Part shown: in pieces, positions 54,950 through 64,000 of the stretch
Layout of the letters: every line of letters begins with the position of its first letter
How positions within the stretch are numbered: position 1 is the stretch's first letter
Source of the DNA: the human T2T-CHM13v2.0 reference genome, Homo sapiens
Assembly: GCF_009914755.1 (NCBI RefSeq)
Contig: NC_060933.1
Length of the DNA: 64,000 nucleotides
Direction: 5' to 3' (one strand)
Position numbers and translations under genes: made by a program
Notes under the pieces: generated by a model
Told to the model about the DNA's origin: nothing
Database searches by the model: none
Seen by the model: only the letters and a program-made list of their open reading frames with translations

Positions 54950-57900
54950 TTCCATTCCATTCCATTCCATTCCATTCCGGATGATTCCATTCCATTGCAT
55001 TCCATTCCATTCCGTTCCCCTGCACTCGGGTTGATTCCATTCCATTCCAATCCATTCCGTTCCATTCCATTCCATTCCACTGTATTCGGGTTAATTCCAT
55101 TCCATTCCATTCCATTCCATTCCATTCCATTCCATTACATTACAATCGAGTTGATTCCATTCCATTCCATTCCATTCCATTCCATTCCAGTCCTTTCCAT
55201 TCCATTCCACTCGGGTTGATTCCATTCTATTAGTTTCCATTCCATTCCATTCCCTTCCATTCCACTCTGGTTGATTCCATTCCTTTCCATTCCACTCGAA
55301 TACATTCCCTCCTATTCCACTCGGAACGATTCCATTCCATTCCATTCCATTCCATTCCATTCCATTCCATTCCATTTCGTTCCATTCCATTCTATTCCGT
55401 ATCATTCCATTCCATTCCATTCCATTCGATTCCATTCCATTCCATTCGTGATGATTCCATTCCTTTCCATTCCATTCGGTTTGAAGGCATTCCATTCCAT
55501 TCCATTCCATTCCATTCCATTCCATTCCATTCCATTGTACTCGGGTTGATTCCATTCCATTGCATTCCATTACATTCCATTCCATTCCATTTCATTCCGT
55601 TGCATTCCATTCCATTCCGGATGATTCCATTCCATTGCATTCCGTTCCATTACATTCCCCTGCACTCTGGTTGATTCCATTCCATTCCATTCCATTCCAT
55701 TCCATTCCAATTCTTTGCATTCCTTTCTATTCCGTAGCATTCCATTCCATTCCATACAACTCCATTCCATTCCATTCCACTCCGTTCTGTTCCGTTCCGT
55801 TCCGTTCCATTCCATTCCATTCCATTGTATTCGGTTTAATTCCATTCCATTCCATTCTATTCCATTCCATTGCAATCGAGTTGAATCCATTGCATTCCAT
55901 TCCATTCCATTCCATTCCATTCCATTCCATTCAATTACGGAAGATTCCATTCCATTGCATTCCATTCCATTCCATTCCACTCCATTCCATTCCATTGTAC
56001 TCGGGTTGATTCCATTCCATTCCTTTCCATTCCATTCCATTCCATTCCATTCCATTCCGATCCATTCCATTCCATTACATTCGGATTGATTCTTTTCAAC
56101 TCCCTTACTCTCCATTACATTCCATTCCATTCGGGTTGTTCCTTTCAATTCCATTCCATTCCATTCCACTCCATTCCATTGCACTCGGGTTGATTCCATT
56201 CCATTCCATTCCATTCCATTCCGGATGATTCCATTCCATTGCATTCCGTTCCATTACATTCCCCTGCACTCGGGTTGATTCCATTCCACTCCATTCCATT
56301 CCATTCGATTCTATTCCGTTCCCCTGCACTCGCGTTGATTCCATTCCATTCCATTCCATTCCATTCCATTCCATTCCTTTCCATTCCAGTCCTTTCCATT
56401 CCATTCCACTCGGGTTGATTCCATTCTATTAGTTTCCATTCCATTCCATTCCCTTCCATTCCACTCTGGTTGATTCCATTCCTTTCCATTCCACTCGAAT
56501 ACACTCCCTCCTATTCCACTCGGAACGATTCCATTCCATTCCATTCCATTCCATTCCATTCCATTCCATTCCGTTTCATTCCATTTTGTTCCATTCCATT
56601 CTATTCCGTATCATTCCATTCCATTCCATTCCATTCCATTCCATTCCATTCCATTCCACTCGTGTTGATTCCATTCCTTTCCATTCCATTCGGTTTGAAG
56701 GTATTCCATTCCATTCCATTCCATTCCATTCCATTCCATTCCATTCCATTGTACTCGGGTTGATTCCATTCCATTGCATTCCATTCCATTACATTCCATT
56801 CCATTCCATTACATTCCATTCCATTCCGTTGCATTCCATTCCATTACATTCGGATTGATTCTATTCAACTCCCTTACTCTCCATTACATTCCATTCCATT
56901 CGGGTTGTTCCATTCCATTCCATTCCATTACACTCCATTCAATTGCACTCGGGTTGATTCCATTCCATTCCATTCCATTCCATTCCATTCCGGATGATTC
57001 CATTCCATTGCATTCCGTTCCATTACATTCCCCTGCACTCGCGTTGATTCCATTCCATTCCATTCCATTCAATTCCATTCCATTACAATTCGTTGCATTC
57101 CATTCTATTCCGTACCATTCCATTCCATTCCATACCATTCCATTGCATTCCATTCCATTCCATTCCGTTCCATTCTGTTCCATTCCATTCCATTCCATTC
57201 TATTCGGGTTAATTCCATTCCATTCCATTCCATTCCATTCCATTCCATTCCATTCTATTCCATTCCATTGCAATCGAGTTGAATCCATTGCATTTCATTC
57301 CATTCTATTCCATTCCATTCCATTCCGGAAGATTCCATTCCATTGCATTCCATTCCATTCCATTCCCCTGCACTCGCGTTGATTCCATTCCATTCCATTC
57401 CATTCCATTCCATTCCATTCCATTCCGTTCCGTTCCTTTCCATTCCATTCCATTCCATTCCGTTCCGTTCCATTCCATTCCATGCCATTCTATTCGGGTT
57501 AATTCCATTCCATTCCATTCGATTGCAATCGAGTTGATTCCATTCCATTCCATTCCATTCCATTCCATTCCATTCCATTCCATTCCTTTCCATTCCATTT
57601 CGGATGATTCCATTCCATTGCATTCCATTCCATTCCATTCCCCTGTACTCGGGTTGATTCCATTCCATTCCATTCCAATCCATGCCATTCCACTCGTGTT
57701 GATTCCATTCTTTCCATTCCATTCAAGTTGAATCCATTCCATTGCATTCCATTCCATTCGATTCCATTCGATTGCACTCGGGTTGATTCCATTCCATTGC
57801 ATTCCATTCCATTCCATTGCATTCCATTCCATTCCATTCCCTTCCATTCCATTCCATTACATTGGGATTGATTCTATTCAACTCCCTTACTCTCCATTAC

Positions 57901-60900
57901 ATTGCATTCCATTCGGGTTGTTCCATTCTATTCCATTCCATTCCACTCCATTCCATTGCACTCGGGTTTATTCCATTCCATTCCATTCCATTCCATTCCA
58001 TTCCATTCCATTCCGGAAGATTCCATTCCATTGCATTCCATTCCATTCCATTCCCCTGCACTCGCGTTGATTCCATTCCATTCCATTCCATTCCGTTCCA
58101 TTCCTTTCCGTTCCATTCCATTCCATTCCATTCCATTCCAATCCATTCCATTACGTTCCGTTCCGTTCCATTCCATTCCATTCCATTCTATTCGGGTTAA
58201 TTCCATTCCATTCCATTCGATTGCAATCGAGTTGATTCCATTCCATTCCATTCCATTCCATTCCTTTCCATTGCATTACTGATGATTCCATTCCATTGCA
58301 TTCCATTCCATTCCATTCCCCTGTACTCGGGTTGATTCCATTCCATTCCATTCCAATCCATGCCATTCCACTCGTGTTGATTCCATTCTTTCCATTCCAT
58401 TCATGTTGAATCCATTCCATTGCATTCCATTCCATTCCATTCCCCTGCAGTCGGGTTGATTCCATTCCATTCCATTCCATTCCCTTCCATTCCCTTCCAT
58501 TCCATTCCATTCCATTCCATTCTATTCGGGTTAATTCCATTCCATTCCATTCCATTCCATTCCATTCCATTCCAATCGAGTTGATTCCATTCCATTCCAT
58601 TCCATTCCATTCCACTCCATTCCAGTCCTTTCCATTCCATTCCAGTCGGCTTGATTCCAGTGTATTCCTTTCCATTCCTTTCCATTCCATTGCAATCGAG
58701 TTGATTCTATTGCTTTGCATTCCATTCCATTCCATTCCATTCCGGATGATTCCATTCCATTCCATTCCATTCCATTCCATTCCCCTGCACTCGGGTTGAT
58801 TCCATTCCATTCCACTCCATTCCATTCCATTCCATTCCATTCCATTCCATTACAATCGAGTTGATTCCATTCCATTCCATTCCATTCCAGTCCTTTCCAT
58901 TCCATTCCACTTGGTTTGATTCCATTCTATTAGTTTCCATTCCATTCCATTCCCTTCCATTCCACTCTGGTTGATTCCATTCCTTTCCATTCCACTCGAA
59001 TACATTCCCTCCTATTCCACTCGGAACGATTCCATTCCATTCCCTTCCATTCCATTCCATTTCGTTCCATTCCATTCTATTCCGTATCATTCCGTTTTAT
59101 TCCATTCCATTCCATTCCATTCCATTCCATTCCATTCCATTGTACTCAAGTTGATTCCATTCCATTGCATTCCATTCCATTCCATTCCATTCCATTCCGT
59201 TGCATTCCATTCCATTACATTCGGATTGATTCTATTCAACTCCCTTACTCTCCATTACTTTCCATTCCATTCGGTTTGTTCCATTGCATTCCATTCCATT
59301 CCACTCCATTCCATTGCACTCGGGTTGATGCCATACCATTCCATTCCATTCCATTCCATTCCGTATGATTCCTTTCCATTGCATTCCGTTCCATTACATT
59401 CCCGTGCACTCTCGTTGATTCCATTCCATTCCATTCCTTTCCATTCAATTCCATTCCATTACAATTCGTTCCATTCCATTCTATTCCGTACCATTCCATT
59501 CCATTCCATACCATTCCATTCCATTCCATTCCGTTCCATTCCTTTCCATTACATTCCATTCCATTCAATTCGGATTAATTCCATTCCATTCCATTCCATT
59601 CCATTCTATTCCATTCCATTGCAATCGAGTTGAATCCATTGCATTTCATTCGATTCCTTTCCATTCCATTCCATTCGGGAAGATTCCATTCCATTGCATT
59701 CCATTGCATTCCATTCCCCTGCACTCACGTTGATTCCATTCCATTCCATTCCACTCTATTCCATTCCATTCCGTTCCGTTCAATTCCATTCTATTCCATT
59801 CCGTTCCGTTCCATTCCATTCCTTTCCATTCTATTCGGGCTAATTCCATTCCATTCCATTCGATTGCAATCGTGTTGATTCCATTCCATTCCATTCCATT
59901 CCATTCCATTCCATTCCATTGTACTCGGGTTGATTCCATTCCATTCCATTCCATTCCATTCCGGATGATTCCATTCCATTGCATTCCATTCCATTCCGTT
60001 CCCCTGCACTTGGGTTGAATCCATTCCATTCCACTCCATTCCGTTCCATTCCATTCCATTCCATTGTATTCGGGTTAATTCCATTCCATTCCATTCCATT
60101 CCATTCCATTCCATTCCATTACAATCGAGTTGATTCCATTCCATTCCATTCCATTCCATTCCATTCCAGTCCTTTCCATTCCATTCCACTCGGGTTGATT
60201 CCATTCTATTAGTTTCCATTCCATTCCATTCCCTTCCATTCCACTCTGGTTGATTCCATTCCTTTCCATTCCACTCGAATACATTCCCTCCTATTCCACT
60301 CGGAACGATTCCATTCGATTCCATTCCATTCCATTCCATTCCATTCCATTTCGTTCCATTCCATTCTATTCCGTATCATTCCATTCCATTCCATTCCATT
60401 CCATTCCATTCCATTCCATTCGTGTAGATTCCATTCCATTCCATTCCATTCGTGTTGATTCCATTCCTTTCCATTCCATTCGGTTTGAAGGCATTCCATT
60501 CCATTCCATTCCATTCCATTCCATTCCATTCCATTCCATTGTACTCGGGTTGATTCCATTCCATTGCATTCCATTACATTCCATTCCATTCCATTTCATT
60601 CCGTTGCATTCCATTCCATTCCGGATGATTCCATTCCATTGCATTCCGTTCCATTACATTCCCCTGCACTCTGGTTGATTCCATTCCATTCCATTCCATT
60701 CCATTCCATTCCATTCCATTCCATTCCAATTCTTTGCATTCCTTTCTATTCCGTACCATTCCATTCCATTCCATACAATTCCATTCCATTCCATTCCACT
60801 CCGTTCCGTTCCGTTCCGTTCCGTTCCATTCCATTCCATTCCATTCTATTCGGTTTAATTCCTTTCCATTCCATTCTATTCCATTCCATTGCAATCGAGT

Positions 60901-63110
60901 TGAATCCATTGCATTCCATTCCATTCCATTCCATTCCATTCCATTCCATTCCATTCCATTCCATTCCATTCAATTCCTGAAGATTCCATTCCATTGCATT
61001 CCATTCCATTCCATTCCATTCCATTCCATTCCATTGTACTCGGGTTGATTCCATTCCATTCCATTCCATTCCATTCCATTCCATTCCATTCCGATCCATT
61101 CCATTCCATTACATTCGGATTGATTCTTTTCAACTCCCTTACTCTCCATTACATTCCATTCCATTCGGGTTGTTCCTTTCAATTCCATTCCATTCCATTC
61201 CACTCCATTCCATTGCACTCGGGTTGATTCCATTCCATTCCATTCCATTCCGTTCCGGATGATTCCATTCCATTGCATTCCGTTCCATTACATTCCCCTG
61301 CACTCGGGTTGATTCCATTCCATTCCATTCCATTCCATTCGATTCTATTCCATTCCCCTGCACTCGCGTTGATTCCATTCCATTCCATTCCATTCCATTC
61401 CATTCCATTCCATTCCCTTCCATTCCATTCCTTTCCATTCCAGTCCTGTCCATTCCATTCCACTCGGGTTCATTCCATTCTATTAGTTTCCATTCCATTC
61501 CATTCCCTTCCATTCCACTCTGGTCGATTCCATTCCTTTCCATTCCACTCGAATACATTCCCTCCTATTCCACTTGGAACGATTCCATTCTATTCCATTC
61601 CATTCCATTCCATTCCATTCCATTTCATTCCATTTTGTTCCATTCCATTCTATTCCGTATCATTCCATTCCATTCCATTCCATTCCATTCCATTCCATTC
61701 CACTCGTGTTGATTCCATTCCTTTCCATTCCATTCGGTTTGAAGGTATTCCATTCCATTCCATTCCATTCCATTCCATTCCATTCCATTGTACTCGGGTT
61801 GATTCCATTCCATTGCATTCCATTCCATTACATTCCATTCCATTCCGTTGCATTCCATTCCATTACATTCGGATTGATTCTATTCAACTCCCTTACTCTC
61901 CATTACATTCCATTCCATTCGGGTTGTTCCATTCCATTCCATTCCATTACACTCCATTCAATTGCACTCGGGTTGATTCCATTCCATTCCATTCCATTCC
62001 ATTCCATTCCGGATGATTCCATTCCATTGCATTCCGTTCCATTACATTCCCCTGCACTCGCGTTGATTCCATTCCATTCCATTCCATTCAATTCCATTCC
62101 ATTACAATTCGTTCCATTCCATTCTATTCCGTACCATTCCATTCCATTCCATACCATTCCATTGCATTCCATTCCATTCCATTCCGTTCCATTCCTTTCC
62201 ATTCCATTCCATTCCATTCTATTCGGGTTAATTCCATTCCATTCCATTCTATTCCATTCCATTCCATTCTATTCCATTCCATTGCAATCGAGTTGAATCC
62301 ATTGCATTTCATTCCATTCTATTCCATTCCACTCCATTCCGGAAGATTCCATTCCATTGCATTCCATTCCATTCCAATCCCCTGCACTCGCGTTGATTCC
62401 ATTCCATTCCATTCCATTCCATTCCATTCCATTCCATTCCGTTCCGTTCCATTCCATTCCATTCCATTCCATTCCATTCCGTTCCGTTCCATTCCATTCC
62501 ATGCCATTCTATTTGGGTTAATTCCATTCCATTCCATTCGATTGCAATCGAGTTGATTCCATTCCATTCCATTCCATTCTATTCCATTCCATTGCAATCG
62601 AGTTGAATCCATTGCATTTCATTCCATTCTATTCCATTCCATTCCATTCCGGAAGATTCCATTCCATTGCATTCCATTCCATTCCAATCCCCTGCACTCG
62701 CGTTGATTCCATTCCATTCCATTCCATTCCATTCTATTCCATTCCATTCCGTTCCGTTCCATTCCATTCCATTCCATTCCATTCCGTTCCGTTCCATTCC
62801 ATTCCATGCCATTCTATTCGGGTTAATTCCATTCCATTCCATTCGATTGCAATCGAGTTGATTCCATTCCATTCCATTCCATTCCATTCCATTCCATTCC
62901 ATTCCATTCCATTCCTCTCCATTCCATTACGGATGATTACATTCCATTGCATTCCATTCCATTCCATTCCCCTGTACTCGGATTGATTCCATTCCATTCT
63001 ATTCCAATCCATGCCATTCCACTCGTGTTGATTCCATTCTTTCCATTCCATTCAAGTTGAATCCATTCCATTGCATTCCATTCCATTCGATTCCATTCGA
63101 TTGCACTCGG
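54950..63110 (+). repeat. ~5.0 kb-offset duplication (about 54950-57790 repeated at about 59930-63110)
   Basis: ORF pairs 55271/60250, 55392/60366, 55560/60564, 56105/61139 and 57279/62293. Shared rare words: TGCACTCTGGTTG, TTCTTTGCATTCCTTTC, GGTTTGAAGGTATTCC, TTACACTCCATTCAATTGCAC. Confidence 0.88.
62270..62890 (+). repeat. 310-bp tandem duplication
   Basis: ORFs 62293 and 62603 start identically. ATTCCAATCCCCTGCAC occurs at 62371 and 62681. The paralogous region at ~57260-57560 is single-copy. Confidence 0.88.
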
Positions 63111-64000
63111 GTTGATTCCATTCCATTCCATTCCATTCCATTCCATTCCATTCCATTCCGGATGATTCCATTCCATTGCATTCCGTTCCATTACATGCCC
63201 CTGCACTCGGGTTGATTCCATTCCATTCCATTCCATTCCATTCCATTCCATTCCATTCCGTTCCATTCCATTTCATTACATTCAGATTGATTCTATTCAA
63301 TTCCCTTACACTCCATTATATTCCAATCCATTCTTGTTGTCTCCATTCCATTCCATTCCATTTCACTCCATTCCATTGCACTCGGGTTGATTCCATTCCA
63401 TTCCATTCCATTGCATTCCACTCCATTCCATTCCGGATGATTCCATTCCATTTCATTCCATTCCATTCCATTCCTCTGCACTCGGGTTGATTCCATTCCA
63501 TTCCATTACATTACATTCCGTTCCATTCCATTGCATTCCTTTCGGATTCATTCTATTCAATTCCCTTACACTCCATTACATTCCATTCCATTTGGGTAGG
63601 TTCCATTCCATTCCATTCCATTCCTCTCCATTCCATTGCACTCGGGTTGATTCCATTCCATTCCATTCCATTCCATTACATTACATTACATTACATTACA
63701 TTCCGTTCCATTGTAGTCGGTTTGATTCCATTCCATTGCATTCCATTCCATTCCATTCCATTCCATTCCATTCCATACCATTCCATTCCATTCCGTTCCA
63801 TTCCATTACATTCGGATTGATTCTATTCAACTCCCTTACTCTCCATTACATTCCATTCCATTCGGGTTGTTCCATTCCATTCCATTCCATTCCACTCCAT
63901 TCCATTGCACTCGGGTTGATTCCATTCCATTCCATTCCATTCCATTCCATTCCATTCCATTCCGGATGATTCCATTCCATTGCATTCCGTTCCATTACAT

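Larger units (their letters stand above)
1..64000 (+). repeat. Satellite III (HSat3) array: (CATTC)n/(GGAAT)n pericentromeric heterochromatic satellite with interspersed A(C/T)TCGGGTTG decamers
   Basis: CATTC pentamers run from the first base to the last, with the C-rich strand always on +. ACTCGGGTTG/ATTCGGGTT(G/A) decamers recur throughout (e.g. 120-129, 249-258); this decamer is the established signature of human Satellite III. The array runs off both ends of the window. Confidence 0.98.

Noticed and set aside
71-63969. Hundreds of ORFs up to 403 aa (FHSIP-repeat on +, MEWNG-repeat on -)
   Set aside because: (CATTC)n has no stop codon in any frame, so long overlapping ORFs arise in all six frames. 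Most + strand starts are TTG, the products are pure repeat translation, and no gene-like context exists.
1-64000. CRISPR-like pattern of conserved words separated by spacers
   Set aside because: The spacers are CATTC runs rather than unique sequences, the spacing is irregular, and there are no cas-like genes.
1-64000. Satellite II (HSat2) call
   Set aside because: CATTCGATTC-type words are only occasional; well-preserved CATTC runs with ACTCGGGTTG decamers indicate Satellite III.
1-64000. Embedded Alu, L1, LTR, alpha-satellite or telomeric sequence
   Set aside because: No poly-A tail, terminal repeat, 171-bp monomer or TTAGGG tract was seen; the GGGTTA within CGGGTTAATT is an isolated hexamer.

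Overview
The whole 64 kb is one uninterrupted array of primate (most likely human) Satellite III / HSat3. (CATTC)n lies on the + strand throughout and is punctuated, in register, by the classic Sat III decamer A(C/T)TCGGGTTG and its variants. I see no gene, RNA gene, transposon, CRISPR array or inversion. Every ORF in the track is an artefact of a stop-free pentamer (FHSIP on +, MEWNG on -). The real structure is internal. (i) A small vocabulary of variant decamers recurs in a fixed order, forming an old ~300-bp subunit. (ii) Younger kb-scale duplications change period along the array: 3.7 kb, a deleted ~8 kb copy, four copies of 2.45-2.62 kb, ~4 kb and ~5 kb, plus 350-bp and 310-bp local tandems. 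(iii) Every register shift I traced is -1 and falls at a few fixed motifs. (iv) Candidate regulatory words recur: about 38 perfect heat-shock elements (TTCnnGAAnnTTC, overlapping an ETS-type CCGGAAG), about 21 copies of a 14-bp perfect palindrome, and a TEAD-type CATTCC background. No novel protein-coding system is supported. The best functional lead is the array acting as a transcription-factor binding platform. All counts and coordinates were read by eye, block boundaries are approximate, and chromosome and subfamily cannot be fixed without a search.
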